From an uncultured Corynebacterium sp. (GTDB lineage Bacteria > Actinomycetota > Actinomycetes > Mycobacteriales > Mycobacteriaceae): DNA of 64,000 nt. The notes under the pieces were generated by a model, which worked only from the letters and a program-made list of their open reading frames with translations, was not told the origin of the DNA and did no database searches. Within the stretch, counting starts at the first letter, position 1, and each line of letters starts with the position of its first letter. Positions 29,635 to 42,139 of the stretch are shown here, in pieces. The stretch spans positions 45,114 through 109,113 of the forward strand of contig NZ_CAMIHD010000002.1 in the NCBI RefSeq assembly GCF_946222835.1. The letters are read 5' to 3'. The position numbers and the translations under genes were made by a program.

Positions 29635-30305
29635 TGTATCCAGAGCTATTTCCTGAAAGTGCGCGCTATTGCTATGTACGCACGGATTCGGGTTACGCGG
29701 ATTTGGCTAATTTTGAAGGCCTCGCGGCCGAAGAAAAGTCTTTGGTTTCCCAGGCCGTTGATGTACGCAAGGCCGAGTTCGGAGATGCTCGGTGGTGTGC
29801 GCACCGAGCCTTGCAGGAATTGGGGGCCAGCCCGGCGACGCCGATTCTGCGCGGCGAGCGCGGCATGCCGCTGTGGCCCGAGGGTTTTGTAGGCTCGATG
29901 ACGCATACCGAGGGCATGCGGGCTGCGGTGGTTGCCCCTACCTCAGCCTTAAAATCCGTAGGCCTGGATGCAGAACCCGCCGAACCGCTGCCGGATCATG
30001 TGCTCACCATGATTGCCCGAGCGGGGGAGATGCCGCAGCTTTTGCGGCTTCGTGAGGCGGGGATTACCTGCCCGGACCGATTGCTTTTTTGTGCCAAGGA
30101 GGCCACATATAAGTCGTGGTTTCCCATGACCTTTCGCTGGCTGGACTTTGACCAAGCAGAAATTGACCTGCGCGAGGATGGCACGCTTATTTCCTATATT
30201 TTAGCTAGGCCCACACCGGTGCCTTTTATCACTGGGCGCTGGGTAATTCGAGATGGCTACGTTATCGTCTCCACCTCGGTTCCGGCTTTAGACTTTAGCC
30301 ACTAA
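29631..30305 (+). CDS. pptT: 4'-phosphopantetheinyl transferase, Sfp/PptT type
   Basis: 224-aa ORF with PPTase motifs (FCAKEATYKSW; GxD...). The conserved synteny with Mtb Rv2794c next to truB and the metallophosphoesterase supports the call. Confidence 0.8.
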   Translation: MMYPELFPESARYCYVRTDSGYADLANFEGLAAEEKSLVSQAVDVRKAEFGDARWCAHRALQELGASPATPILRGERGMPLWPEGFVGSMTHTEGMRAAVVAPTSALKSVGLDAEPAEPLPDHVLTMIARAGEMPQLLRLREAGITCPDRLLFCAKEATYKSWFPMTFRWLDFDQAEIDLREDGTLISYILARPTPVPFITGRWVIRDGYVIVSTSVPALDFSH

Positions 30306-31195
30306 AGGGTAGAGGGCCGTGCCACAAATACGGTGGCTAGGCGCTTGCCTTTTTCTTTAATGAGCGCCACGGCTTGGCCATTAGGGGCCACAGCAGCGTG
30401 GACGCCCTTGAGTCCGCGGGGCTCAAGCCACTTGCCCATGGCGAGGGCGGCTGCCTCCTCCTCCGTGACGGAAAGGACGGGGAAGCAGCGAGCCAAGGCC
30501 TCATCCAAGCTGAGGGAAAGGCGAGGGGAATCGGCAAGGGCGTCGAGCGAGAGGGCGTCGGCAAGCGCAAAAGGGCCCACCTTAGTGCGACGCAAGGCGG
30601 TCAGGTGCCCGCCCACCTGCAGGGCCTCGCCCAGATCGCGGGCCAGGGAGCGAATATAGGTGCCGGAAGAGCAATCCACCGTGACGTCAAGATCGATGTA
30701 GTCGCCCTCGTGGCGCTCTGCCAGAACGTCAAACTTATCTACCGTTACTGGGCGGGCGGGAATGTCTACCTCCTGGCCCTCGCGTACTAGCTCATGGGCG
30801 CGGCGGCCGTTAATTTTAATAGCGGATACGGCCGCGGGCTTTTGCATAATATCGCCGGTGAGTTTGGCAATCTCTGCCTCGATTGCGGTGCGGTCAATGG
30901 CCGCAGCGCTAGCGCCCCAGCAGTGTTCTCCTTCGGCGTCATCGGTTGTGGTGGCGGCGCCGAGGCGAATGGTGGCGTCGTAGGACTTAGTGGAGGCAAC
31001 CATGTGGGCCAAGAACTTGGTGCCACGCTCCAAGCCAAGGACAAGCACGCCGGTGGCCATGGGGTCAAGAGTGCCGGCGTGGCCTACCTTCTTGGTGTGA
31101 AAGTACCTGCGTAGGCGGCCGACAACATCGTGGGAGGTCATGCCGGCGGGTTTGTCTACGATGACGAGTCCGGAGTTTGCGAGCGCATCAGTCAT
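30302..31195 (-). CDS. truB: tRNA pseudouridine(55) synthase
   Basis: N-terminus LVIVDKPAGMTSHDVVGRLRR...GHAGTLDP carries the catalytic Asp motif. Encoded on the minus strand, opposite to the flanking pptT and ribF. Confidence 0.9.
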   Translation of the reverse strand: MTDALANSGLVIVDKPAGMTSHDVVGRLRRYFHTKKVGHAGTLDPMATGVLVLGLERGTKFLAHMVASTKSYDATIRLGAATTTDDAEGEHCWGASAAAIDRTAIEAEIAKLTGDIMQKPAAVSAIKINGRRAHELVREGQEVDIPARPVTVDKFDVLAERHEGDYIDLDVTVDCSSGTYIRSLARDLGEALQVGGHLTALRRTKVGPFALADALSLDALADSPRLSLSLDEALARCFPVLSVTEEEAAALAMGKWLEPRGLKGVHAAVAPNGQAVALIKEKGKRLATVFVARPSTL

Positions 31196-31197
31196 AG

Positions 31198-32241
<1,044 letters not shown>

Positions 32242-33174
32242 ATGAAGGCGATTCTCGATCTTGATACCGGCATTGATGATGCCCTAGCGCTGGCGTACGC
32301 CATCGCCCATCCAGACCTGGACCTAATCGGCGTGACCTGCACGTACGGCAACGTGACCGTGCCCTTAGCCGTGCGCAATACACTGGCCCTTCTAGAGCTG
32401 CTGGGCCAAGACGATATTCCAGTCTTTGCCGGGCCTAGCCCGGATGGTTTTCGGCCAAGCGAGATTTCTTCTTTTATCCACGGTCACAACGGCGTGGGGG
32501 AGGTCCTTCTTCCGCCGGCAACCACCCAGGCGCAGCCACAACCCGCGACCGAGTTCCTTATCCAAGCCGTGCATGAGCACGGCGATGACTTGGTTATAAT
32601 TCCGACCGGCCCGTCCACCACGATTGCTGCCGCTATGCAGCAGGACCCTTCCTTTGCCGCGGCCGCACACCTGGTGATGATGGGTGGGGCTCTTACCGTT
32701 CCTGGCAACGTCACGCCGTGGTCTGAGGCCAATATCTCCCAGGATCCGGAAGCTACCGATTACCTCTTCCGCCACACTAGCGATACCATCATGGTTGGTT
32801 TGGATGTTACCTTGCGCACGCTTTTGACCACGGCGGAGTCCGCTCGTTGGCGAGCTACCGGTACCCGCGCCGGCCGCATCTTTGCGGATATGGTGGACTA
32901 TTATATCCGCGCCTACGCCACCACATCGCCCCACTTGGGCGGGTGCGGCCTGCACGATCCATTGGCCGTTGCGGTGGCGGCAGATGCCTCGCTCGTCGAC
33001 GTCCTTTCGATAAACCTCAAGACTGACACCGCCGGCCCTACCCGTGGACGGACAATCGCGGATGAAACGCGATTGGATGCGCCGCCCACCGCCCGGGTGG
33101 CTGTGGGTGTGGATAGTGAGCGCTTTGTGCGAGAGTTTGTCGAACGCCTTGAGAAGCTCTTCAGCGAGCTCTAA
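32242..33174 (+). CDS. nucleoside hydrolase (inosine-uridine preferring family)
   Basis: N-terminal DLDTGIDDALAL aspartate cluster, diagnostic of the IU-NH family. Confidence 0.85.
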   Translation: MKAILDLDTGIDDALALAYAIAHPDLDLIGVTCTYGNVTVPLAVRNTLALLELLGQDDIPVFAGPSPDGFRPSEISSFIHGHNGVGEVLLPPATTQAQPQPATEFLIQAVHEHGDDLVIIPTGPSTTIAAAMQQDPSFAAAAHLVMMGGALTVPGNVTPWSEANISQDPEATDYLFRHTSDTIMVGLDVTLRTLLTTAESARWRATGTRAGRIFADMVDYYIRAYATTSPHLGGCGLHDPLAVAVAADASLVDVLSINLKTDTAGPTRGRTIADETRLDAPPTARVAVGVDSERFVREFVERLEKLFSEL

Positions 33175-33343
33175 AAGCACAGCCTAGAAGCCATGTGGTT
33201 TTGATTTTTTCTGCCTGGGCGCTGTAAGGTGTTTGTTTGGCTTAGCGACTGCGGTTCACAGCAGTTGCGGCACGCACAAGTCACGCGCGCAGCGCAGGCT
33301 TATGCGTCACGATAATGTGGACTGAAATAAAGGAGAAATACTC

Positions 33344-33613
33344 ATGGCATTGACCACTGAGAAGAAGGCCGAAATCCTCAAGGAGTACGGCCTGCACGAA
33401 ACCGATACCGGTTCCCCTGAGGCACAGGTTGCCCTGCTGACCTCCCGCATCAATACTTTGACCGAGCACCTGAAGTTCCACAAGCACGATCACCACTCCC
33501 GTCGTGGTCTGCTGCTGATGGTTGGTCGCCGTCGTGGCCTGCTGAAGTACCTGGCTGAGAACAACGTCGATCGCTACCGTGATCTGATCTCTCGCCTGGG
33601 TCTGCGCCGTTAA
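33344..33613 (+). CDS. rpsO: 30S ribosomal protein S15
   Basis: 89-aa [19 protein letters not shown]...[12 protein letters not shown]... Confidence 0.95.
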   Translation: MALTTEKKAEILKEYGLHETDTGSPEAQVALLTSRINTLTEHLKFHKHDHHSRRGLLLMVGRRRGLLKYLAENNVDRYRDLISRLGLRR

Positions 33614-33635
33614 TTTCGGCCCAGCTTCGGCCACC

Positions 33636-33676
33636 TCGCCCCGCCCTTTGGCGGGGCTTTTGTGGTTTTTCTGTTA
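33636..33676 (+). terminator. Rho-independent terminator after rpsO
   Basis: GCCCCGCC-CTTTG-GGCGGGGC followed by TTTTGTGGTTTTTCTGTT. Confidence 0.8.
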
Positions 33677-33756
33677 GAATTTGACACCGTTGTCATAGAC
33701 AAAATCGACCAGGCGGCATCGACGATCGCCTAAACCACTCAAGGAGACATTTTTTA

Positions 33757-36003
33757 ATGAGCGTTCAGAACTCCGTCGAGTTCAATATTGACGAGGACTT
33801 TGGCATTACCGAGGCCATTGCCACGCTAGACAATGGTGACTTTGGCACCCGCACCCTGCGCTTTGAAACCGGCCAGCTGGCCCGGCAGGCAGACGGCTCC
33901 GTGACCACCTACTTGGACGATGACACCATGTTGCTGGCCACGACTACTGCGTCCAACCAGCCGCGCGAGGGATTCGACTTCTTCCCGCTGACTGTGGACG
34001 TAGAAGAGCGCATGTACGCGGCCGGCAAGATTCCGGGCTCCTTCTTCCGCCGTGAGGGTCGTCCTTCTTCTGAGGCCATCCTGGCATGCCGCCTCATCGA
34101 CCGCCCGCTGCGCCCAACCTTTGTCAAGGGCCTGCGCAACGAGGTCCAAGTCGTTGTCACCGTGATGTCCCAGGATCCGGAAGAGTACTACGACGTCGTT
34201 GCCATCAACGGCGCTTCCGCCGCCACCCAGCTGTCCGGCCTGCCCGTCTCCGGTGCAGTCGGTGGTGTCCGCATGGCACTGATTGCTGACGATAAGCACC
34301 CAGAAGGCCAGTGGGTAGCGTTCCCGAATCACGAGCAGCACGAGCGCGCTCTCTTTGAGATGGTCGTTGCCGGTCGCATTGTTAAAAAGGGCCGCAAGGA
34401 CGACGTAGCCATCATGATGGTTGAGGCCGGTGCCGGCACCAACGTTGCTGAGCGCATTGCTGACGGCGCTCCTGCACCGCAGGAAGCAGCCGTCGCTGAA
34501 GGCTTGGAGGCAGCAAAGCCATTCATTAAGACCTTGTGCGAGGCCCAGAACGGTCTGGCGGAGCGTGCCGCCAAGGAAACCCAGGAGTTCCCGCTCTTCC
34601 CGGCATACGGCGATGATGTCTTCGCGGCAGTGGAAAAGGCCGCTGCAAAGAAGCTAGAGAAGCTGCTGACCATTCCGGGCAAGCAGGAGCGCGACGATGC
34701 CACCAATGAATACATGGAGCAGGTCGAAGAAAAGCTCTTGGACCAGTTCGAGGACTTGGAGGAGGCCGATGCCTCCAAGCAGATCCGCGGCGCTTATAAC
34801 GCCTTGATGAAGCAGATCGTGCGGCAGAAGATCCTCTCCGAGGGCTTCCGTATCGATGGTCGCGGCGTTACCGATATCCGTGACCTCTCCGTTGAGGTGG
34901 ACCTGGTTCCGCGTGCTCACGGTTCCTCCCTGTTCGAGCGCGGTGAGACCCAGATTCTGGGTGTTACCACCCTGGACATGCTCAAGATGGAGCAGCAGAT
35001 TGATTCCCTGACCCCAGTGGAGTCCAAGCGCTACATGCACCACTACAACTTCCCGCCATTCTCCACTGGCGAGACCGGCCGCGTGGGCTCCCCGAAGCGC
35101 CGCGAGATCGGCCACGGTGCTTTGGCCGAGCGTGCTCTGCTTCCGGTCATCCCATCCCGTGAGGACTTCCCATACGCCATCCGCCAGGTCTCTGAGGCCT
35201 TGGGCTCCAATGGCTCTACCTCCATGGGTTCTGTGTGTGCTTCCACCTTGTCCCTGTACAATGCCGGTGTTCCGCTGAAGGCTCCGGTAGCTGGCATCGC
35301 TATGGGCCTGGTTTCTGGAGAGGTAAACGGCAAGGAGAAGTTTGTCGCCCTGACGGATATCCTCGGTGCCGAGGATGCTTTTGGCGATATGGACTTCAAG
35401 GTTGCCGGTACCTCTGAGTACATCACCGCCCTGCAGCTGGACACCAAGTTGGATGGCATCCCGTCTAAGGTCCTAGCCCAGGCCCTGGAGCAGGCTCGCG
35501 ATGCCCGCTCTACCATCCTGGAAACCATGGCTGAGGTCATCGATACTCCGGATGAGATGTCCGGCCTTGCTCCGAAGATCACCTCCGTCAAGATCCCGGT
35601 TAATAAGATCGGCGAGCTTATCGGACCAAAGGGCAAGACCATTAACCAGATCACCGAGGAAACTGGCGCCGATGTCTCCATCGAGGATGACGGAACCGTC
35701 TACGTGTCCGCTGCTACCGGTGAGGCTGCGGATGCTGCCATCGATAAGGTCAACTCCATTGCTAACCCACAGCTGCCGAAGGTAGGAGAGCGCTTCCTGG
35801 GTACCGTGGTAAAGACCGTGCCGTTCGGCGCATTCGTTTCCTTGACCCCGGGTCGCGATGGCTTGATCCACATTTCTAACCTGGGTGGCGACGAGCGCAT
35901 CGAGAAGGTAGAAGACGTCATCAACGTTGGCGATAAGGTTCAGGTAGAAATCGCGGATATCGATAACCGCGGCAAGATTTCCCTGGTTCCGGTTGAGGAC
36001 TAA
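33757..36003 (+). CDS. pnp: polyribonucleotide nucleotidyltransferase (PNPase)
   Basis: 748-aa ORF with two RNase PH domains plus KH and S1 domains. Confidence 0.95.
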   Translation: MSVQNSVEFNIDEDFGITEAIATLDNGDFGTRTLRFETGQLARQADGSVTTYLDDDTMLLATTTASNQPREGFDFFPLTVDVEERMYAAGKIPGSFFRREGRPSSEAILACRLIDRPLRPTFVKGLRNEVQVVVTVMSQDPEEYYDVVAINGASAATQLSGLPVSGAVGGVRMALIADDKHPEGQWVAFPNHEQHERALFEMVVAGRIVKKGRKDDVAIMMVEAGAGTNVAERIADGAPAPQEAAVAEGLEAAKPFIKTLCEAQNGLAERAAKETQEFPLFPAYGDDVFAAVEKAAAKKLEKLLTIPGKQERDDATNEYMEQVEEKLLDQFEDLEEADASKQIRGAYNALMKQIVRQKILSEGFRIDGRGVTDIRDLSVEVDLVPRAHGSSLFERGETQILGVTTLDMLKMEQQIDSLTPVESKRYMHHYNFPPFSTGETGRVGSPKRREIGHGALAERALLPVIPSREDFPYAIRQVSEALGSNGSTSMGSVCASTLSLYNAGVPLKAPVAGIAMGLVSGEVNGKEKFVALTDILGAEDAFGDMDFKVAGTSEYITALQLDTKLDGIPSKVLAQALEQARDARSTILETMAEVIDTPDEMSGLAPKITSVKIPVNKIGELIGPKGKTINQITEETGADVSIEDDGTVYVSAATGEAADAAIDKVNSIANPQLPKVGERFLGTVVKTVPFGAFVSLTPGRDGLIHISNLGGDERIEKVEDVINVGDKVQVEIADIDNRGKISLVPVED

Positions 36004-36016
36004 TCCCTAAACCCAA

Positions 36017-36068
36017 AGAAAAGGCTCTGCCTTCCAGTTCACTCGCTGGAAGGCAGAGCCTTTTCTTC
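36017..36068. terminator. bidirectional Rho-independent terminator between pnp (+) and a convergent lipoprotein gene (-)
   Basis: 15-bp stem GGCTCTGCCTTCCAG ... CTGGAAGGCAGAGCC flanked by AAAGAAAA and TTTTCTTCG. Confidence 0.8.
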
Positions 36069-36102
36069 GTAGGTGTGCACCATTTAGAGGCGCCGCTAAA
36101 CC

Positions 36103-36810
36103 TTAGTTCTGGAAGTCAATGACCACGCGCGACGGGTCCTTCAGATACGTCACGGAGTAGGCAGTCTTCTTCTCTAGACCGATAATGAGCTGGGTTTGCG
36201 CCTCAAAGGTGGTGGTGTAGTTGACTGCGCTAACCACCCCGGCACCAGGGGTAGTGCCTGGCTGCATGTACTTTGCTTTCAGCTCCGGGGTAGAAGGCCA
36301 CGGCGTCCCCTCAATGCCGAGGTTGAGGAAAGTATTTCCTTTGACCTTAACCGGCTTGCCGGATGCCTGTTGGGCAGGGCTATCGGTATAGGACGTAAAC
36401 CAGCCCGGTTCACCTTCGCCCTCCAGGTCGATGACGACGCGGGTGAACCCATCGTGCGCTCCCACTCGCACACCTGTGGGAATGAGGTTTCCGAGCCCCT
36501 CCGGCATGTGCTGTTGGTCCTCGAGCGAGGCCGTGCCCCTACCGGCGAATGCCAGTGGGGCTGAGTCCTGGGGGAGCTTCTGCTTTTCTGCATCCGCTGC
36601 AGAGGTACTGCGCGGGGCAGAAGAAGTAGCAGGGGTAGCGGAGGAGGTCTGAACTTCAGCGGTGTCGGTAGCTGACTGAACTTCACTGAAAGCCGGTGCG
36701 CCTGCCTTCGTAGTGTCTTTATCGGAACAAGCTGCAAGTGCTAACGCGCATCCTGCGCTGATTGCCACGGCGATAGTGCGAGAGAAAATTGAGGGAGACA
36801 TATTCATCAC
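36103..36810 (-). CDS. lipoprotein (hypothetical)
   Basis: Signal peptide with the lipobox LAAC (AVAISAGCALALAAC); 235 aa, Ser/Thr/Ala-rich after the lipobox. Confidence 0.6.
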   Translation of the reverse strand: MMNMSPSIFSRTIAVAISAGCALALAACSDKDTTKAGAPAFSEVQSATDTAEVQTSSATPATSSAPRSTSAADAEKQKLPQDSAPLAFAGRGTASLEDQQHMPEGLGNLIPTGVRVGAHDGFTRVVIDLEGEGEPGWFTSYTDSPAQQASGKPVKVKGNTFLNLGIEGTPWPSTPELKAKYMQPGTTPGAGVVSAVNYTTTFEAQTQLIIGLEKKTAYSVTYLKDPSRVVIDFQN

Positions 36811-36914
36811 TTCCTTGGTGCTTACCGTGTTATTACGCCCATTCTACTGGGGCAGATGGGACGGGCAGTAGGAAGTGATGCAATTGTTAATCCGTGTGAG
36901 AGGGGAGGGTGCGG

Positions 36915-37304
36915 CTACTTCTTCAGTTCCACGAGCTGAATAAGGTTGCCCACGGTGTCATCAAAAACAGCGATGATAGACGGTCCAACATCGGTGGGCT
37001 CCATGGTGAACTTCACGCCCTTGTCACTGAGCTCTTTGTATTCGTTCTCCACATCGGCGGACAGGAACTGCGTGACCGGAATACCGTCAGCCTTGAGTGC
37101 TGCGGCGTAGTCTTTGGCGGCGGGGTGGCCCTTCGGTTCCAGAAGCAGCTCGGTACCTCTCTCACCTTCAGCATTGGTGACGGTGAGCCAACGGAAATCG
37201 CCGTGGGTGACGTCATCCTTGACTCGGAAGCCAAGGGTATTGACGTAAAAATCGTGAGCGCGGGCAACGTCGTCTACAGGAACGGAAGCGATATATATCT
37301 GCAT
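36915..37304 (-). CDS. VOC / glyoxalase-bleomycin resistance family protein
   Basis: Two beta-alpha-beta-beta-beta modules (VDDVARAHDFYVNTLGF...). Start chosen at the Met with an AGGA SD; 37313 is an alternative. Confidence 0.65.
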   Translation of the reverse strand: MQIYIASVPVDDVARAHDFYVNTLGFRVKDDVTHGDFRWLTVTNAEGERGTELLLEPKGHPAAKDYAAALKADGIPVTQFLSADVENEYKELSDKGVKFTMEPTDVGPSIIAVFDDTVGNLIQLVELKK

Positions 37305-37397
37305 GCTTGCCATCCTAGGGAGAATGAGGGGCATCGTCGGAGAGCGCAAGTCCGTTCCAAGGAAGGCGAGGAATTGCGCAACCCCCATGCGCGTTAG

Positions 37398-38192
<795 letters not shown>

Positions 38193-38195
38193 GCC

Positions 38196-38942
38196 ATGGC
38201 TAAAGCAAGTGAGCTAGATATCCAGCTCATTGCCGCAACGCAGTTTCACGCCCCGCAGGGAGTGGGTTGGCACGCGGATAATTCGGCATCCGATGGAGAA
38301 GCGCTCGTCGAGTTCGCTGGCAGGGCGTGCTACGAGTCTTTCGATAAGCCAAATCCACGCACGGCAACCAATGAGGCCTACCTGCACCACATCATGGAGG
38401 TAGGCCATACGGCTTTGCTAGAGCATGCCACGGCCACGATGTACATCACAGGATTGTCGCGTTCGGCCAGCCATGAGCTCGTGCGACACCGGCACTTTTC
38501 CTTCTCCCAGCTCTCTCAACGCTTTGTTCACCCAAATGAAACTGAAGTTGTCCTGCCGAAAATGGTTGCCGAGGACGAGCAGCTCAGTCGGCTGGTTATG
38601 CAAGCGGTCGATGAAACTCGCTTCGTCTACGATGAGTTGCTTAACGCACTAGAGGAGAAGCTGGACGAGCCCAACGCGCTCCTGCGCAAAAAGCAGGCCC
38701 GCCAGGCCGCTCGTGCCGTGCTTCCCAACGCCACAGAAACTCGCATTGTTGTCACCGGCAACTATCGCGCGTGGCGGCACTTTATCGGTGCACGTGCGGC
38801 GGAGCAAGCTGACGAAGAGTTGCGTCACGTTGCAATTGAGTGTCTGAAGTTGTTACAAAGCAAGGCGCCGGTCCTCTTTGATGACTTTAATATCACCACG
38901 TTGGCTGATGGCACGAAGATGGCAGCGAGCCCCTACGCCTAA
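38196..38942 (+). CDS. thyX: FAD-dependent thymidylate synthase
   Basis: The ThyX RHRxxxxxxxS motif is present ([14 protein letters not shown]). Confidence 0.9.
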   Translation: MAKASELDIQLIAATQFHAPQGVGWHADNSASDGEALVEFAGRACYESFDKPNPRTATNEAYLHHIMEVGHTALLEHATATMYITGLSRSASHELVRHRHFSFSQLSQRFVHPNETEVVLPKMVAEDEQLSRLVMQAVDETRFVYDELLNALEEKLDEPNALLRKKQARQAARAVLPNATETRIVVTGNYRAWRHFIGARAAEQADEELRHVAIECLKLLQSKAPVLFDDFNITTLADGTKMAASPYA

Positions 38943-38998
38943 CACGCGCGTAGACCCGATGCGGCTAATTGTTAGTCAAAAGGGTAATCTTGACGGCT

Positions 38999-39907
38999 AT
39001 GAGCACAGGTATGACAGCAAAGACTGGCGTCGACACCTTTGGACGCATCGGCGTCGCCATGGTCACCCCGTTTGATCGTGACGGTGCGCTGGACGTTGCA
39101 GCAGGTCGTCGCCTAGCAGCTCATCTCGTTGACAATGGCGTTGATTCGCTCATCCTCGGTGGAACCACGGGCGAGTCACCGACCACCTCGGTTGAAGAGA
39201 AGCTGGAGCTGCTCAAAGCCGTAAAGGAAGAAGTAGGAGACCGCGCAAAGCTTTGCGCCGGTGCTGGAACGAATGACACCGCAGCCTCCATCAAGTTAGC
39301 TAAGGCCACCGCGGAGGCGGGGGCAGATAGCCTATTGGTGGTTACTCCGTACTACTCCAAGCCTTCCCAAAAGGGCGTTTACGAGCACTTTGCCGCAGTC
39401 GCGCAAGCCACGGATCTACCGATCTGTGTCTATGACATCCCTGGCCGCTCGGGCATCCCAGTGGCGCCGGATACTCTCCGCCGCCTAGCGGAATTGCCGA
39501 CCATCCAAGCCGTGAAGGACGCCAAGGGCGACCTTCCTGCGGCCGCAGAACTCATCCGAGAAACCGGTCTGGCCTGGTATTCCGGTGACGATCCGATTAA
39601 CCTGCCGTGGCTTTCCCTCGGTGCTTCTGGTTTTATCTCCGTCATCGGCCATGTTGCACCGCGTGCCTTGGCAGAACTTTATGAAGCTTTCGACGCGGGC
39701 GATATGGCCCGCGCCCGAGAAATCAATGTAACTACGCTCCTTCCGCTTACCCATGCACAAGCACGGTTGGGCGGAGCGACTTTTGCAAAGGAAGCCCTGC
39801 GCCTGCAGGGCATCGAAGTAGGCGATACCCGTCTTCCCATCACCGCTGCGAGCGAGGAGGAACGCGAGGTACTTCGCCGTGATCTGGAACAATCTGGAGT
39901 CCTCTAA
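38999..39907 (+). CDS. dapA: 4-hydroxy-tetrahydrodipicolinate synthase
   Basis: DapA/NAL-family TIM barrel motifs (GTTGES, active-site Lys context). The start is uncertain between 38969, 38999 and 39011. Confidence 0.85.
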   Translation: MSTGMTAKTGVDTFGRIGVAMVTPFDRDGALDVAAGRRLAAHLVDNGVDSLILGGTTGESPTTSVEEKLELLKAVKEEVGDRAKLCAGAGTNDTAASIKLAKATAEAGADSLLVVTPYYSKPSQKGVYEHFAAVAQATDLPICVYDIPGRSGIPVAPDTLRRLAELPTIQAVKDAKGDLPAAAELIRETGLAWYSGDDPINLPWLSLGASGFISVIGHVAPRALAELYEAFDAGDMARAREINVTTLLPLTHAQARLGGATFAKEALRLQGIEVGDTRLPITAASEEEREVLRRDLEQSGVL

Positions 39908-39909
39908 GA

Positions 39910-42054
39910 ATGAATGAACCCCGTAACCGTTCCCGCAAGGTGACCCGCAAGGCGGGACCACCGGCGGAAAACGAAACCGCCTCCAACGAGGCGGCTTCGC
40001 CAGTTTTCCAAGCCCCAGCAACTGATGCGGGCAACTCCGCGCAGGATAATTCCGCTAAGGGCGACAAGGAAAACTCTAACAAGAAGAATTCTTCCGATAG
40101 CCACAACGATGGTGGCGGCAATAATCGTCGCTCCCGTTCCCGTGGCAGCCGCGGCCGTGGTCGTGGTGGCAATGGCAATAACCACGGTGGTAATAACAAT
40201 CACGGTGGCAATAACAAGAATGGCAATGGCAAGAACGGAAATGGCAACGGTAAGGGCCGTGGCCGCAATAACCGTGGTCTCCGCAACGTGCCTAAGTCTA
40301 TGCAGGGTGCCGATCTGACCAAGCGCCTGCCGGAGCCGCCGAAGCAGCCGAAGGATGCGCTACGTATTTACGCTTTGGGTGGCATCTCGGAAATCGGCCG
40401 TAATATGACCGTCTTCGAGTATGGTGATGACCTCATCATCATCGACTGCGGTGTGCTCTTCCCGTCCTCCGGTGAGCCAGGAGTGGACCTCATCCTGCCT
40501 GACTTCGGTCCGATTGAGAAGAAAATCCACAAGGTCAAGGCTCTCGTCGTTACTCACGCGCACGAGGACCACATCGGTGCCATCCCGTGGCTGCTTAAGC
40601 TGCGCCCAGATATCCCAATCGTTGCTTCCCGCTTCACTATCGCGCTTATTGCTGCGAAGTGTAAGGAACACCGCCAGAAGCCGAAGTTCGTCGAGGTTAA
40701 TGAGAAGTCCGACGTAACCTACGGCCCGTTCCGCGTACGCTTCTGGGCAGTCAACCACTCCGTGCCAGATGCCCTAGGCATCATGTTGGGAACCCCGGCA
40801 GGCAATATCATCCACACCGGTGACATCAAGCTGGACCAGACTCCACTGGATAATCGTCCAACGGACCTACCAGCCCTGTCCCGCTATGGTGATGAGGGCG
40901 TTGACCTCATGTTGTGTGATTCCACCAACGCCACTGTGCCTGGTGTATCTGCCTCTGAGGGCGATATCCCCGCTAACTTTAAGCGCCTAGTTGCCGGAGC
41001 AAAGCAGCGCGTTATCTTGGCATCCTTTGCTTCCAACGTCTATCGCGTCCAGGCCGCTATCGACGCAGCCGTGGCAAACGGCCGCAAGGTGGCCTTCAAC
41101 GGTCGTTCGATGATGCGCAATATGGAAATCGCGGAAAAGATGGGCTTCTTGAAGGTCCCACGCGGCACTATCATCCCTATCGATGAAGCCGCCAAGATGG
41201 CTCCGCATAAGACCATGCTGATTACCACTGGTACCCAGGGCGAGCCGATGGCTGCCCTGTCCCGAATGGCTCGCCGCGAGCATCGTCAGATCACCGTCCG
41301 CGACGGCGATACCATCATCTTCTCCTCCTCGCTTATTCCGGGCAATGAGGAAGCTGTCTACGGCGTGATCAACATGTTGTCCCAAATTGGTGCCAACGTC
41401 ATTACTAACCAGGACGTCAAGGTGCACGCTTCTGGCCACGGTTATGCCGGCGAGCTTCTTTTCTTGTACAACGCAGCCCGCCCGCGCAACGCTATGCCGG
41501 TCCACGGCGAGTGGCGCCACCTGCGTGCCAATAAAGAACTGGCCATTTCTACTGGCGTAGACCGCGATCGTACGGTTCTTGCTCAAAACGGCGTGGTCGT
41601 GGATCTGCGCAAGGGCCGAGCCGAGGTTGTAGGCCAGATGCAGGTAGGCAACCTCTACGTTGATGGTGTTTCCATGGGCGATGTGGATGCTGATACCTTG
41701 GCGGATCGCACCAACCTGGGCGCCGGCGGTGTGGTATCAATCACCTGCGTGATTGATAACCGCACCTCGCGCTTGCTGGAGCACCCGACGGTATCTACCA
41801 CGGGCTTCTCGGATGATGACCGCGGCATCGTGCCGGAGGTTGCAGAGATGGTGGAAAACACCATGAACGATCTTGCCGCAGAAGGCGAGAACGATACCTA
41901 TCGCATGGTGCAGAAGCTGCGCCGCAAAGTGTCCAAGCTCATGGACTCCAAGTACAAGCGCGAACCCGTTATCTTGCCAACCATCGTGCCGACCAACTCC
42001 GGCCCGTTGGTTACCGATGAGGAGGACGTCGACGCTTCTCGTGAGTCCCTGTAA
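39910..42054 (+). CDS. rnj: ribonuclease J with a long low-complexity N-terminal extension
   Basis: Metallo-beta-lactamase HxHxDH (THAHEDHIG), beta-CASP and C-terminal domains. It is preceded by about 140 aa rich in Arg/Gly/Asn repeats. Confidence 0.9.
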   Translation: MNEPRNRSRKVTRKAGPPAENETASNEAASPVFQAPATDAGNSAQDNSAKGDKENSNKKNSSDSHNDGGGNNRRSRSRGSRGRGRGGNGNNHGGNNNHGGNNKNGNGKNGNGNGKGRGRNNRGLRNVPKSMQGADLTKRLPEPPKQPKDALRIYALGGISEIGRNMTVFEYGDDLIIIDCGVLFPSSGEPGVDLILPDFGPIEKKIHKVKALVVTHAHEDHIGAIPWLLKLRPDIPIVASRFTIALIAAKCKEHRQKPKFVEVNEKSDVTYGPFRVRFWAVNHSVPDALGIMLGTPAGNIIHTGDIKLDQTPLDNRPTDLPALSRYGDEGVDLMLCDSTNATVPGVSASEGDIPANFKRLVAGAKQRVILASFASNVYRVQAAIDAAVANGRKVAFNGRSMMRNMEIAEKMGFLKVPRGTIIPIDEAAKMAPHKTMLITTGTQGEPMAALSRMARREHRQITVRDGDTIIFSSSLIPGNEEAVYGVINMLSQIGANVITNQDVKVHASGHGYAGELLFLYNAARPRNAMPVHGEWRHLRANKELAISTGVDRDRTVLAQNGVVVDLRKGRAEVVGQMQVGNLYVDGVSMGDVDADTLADRTNLGAGGVVSITCVIDNRTSRLLEHPTVSTTGFSDDDRGIVPEVAEMVENTMNDLAAEGENDTYRMVQKLRRKVSKLMDSKYKREPVILPTIVPTNSGPLVTDEEDVDASRESL

Positions 42055-42084
42055 ATAGCACGGGACCGCACCTTAAATAGGACG

Positions 42085-42139
42085 AAGCCCCAGCATGCCA
42101 ACCAGCTCGGTATGCTGGGGCTTATGTCGTTTTCTTCTG
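42085..42139 (+). terminator. possible terminator hairpin after rnj
   Basis: AAGCCCCAGCAT ... ATGCTGGGGCTT followed by a T-rich tract. It overlaps the first candidate ATG (42112) of the next ORF. Confidence 0.35.

Noticed and set aside
33681-33710. Sigma-70 type promoter TTGACA ... TAGACA in the pnp leader.
   Set aside because: The spacing between the -35-like TTGACA (33681-33686) and candidate -10 hexamers is 9 or about 18 nt with poor hexamers. Too ambiguous to call.
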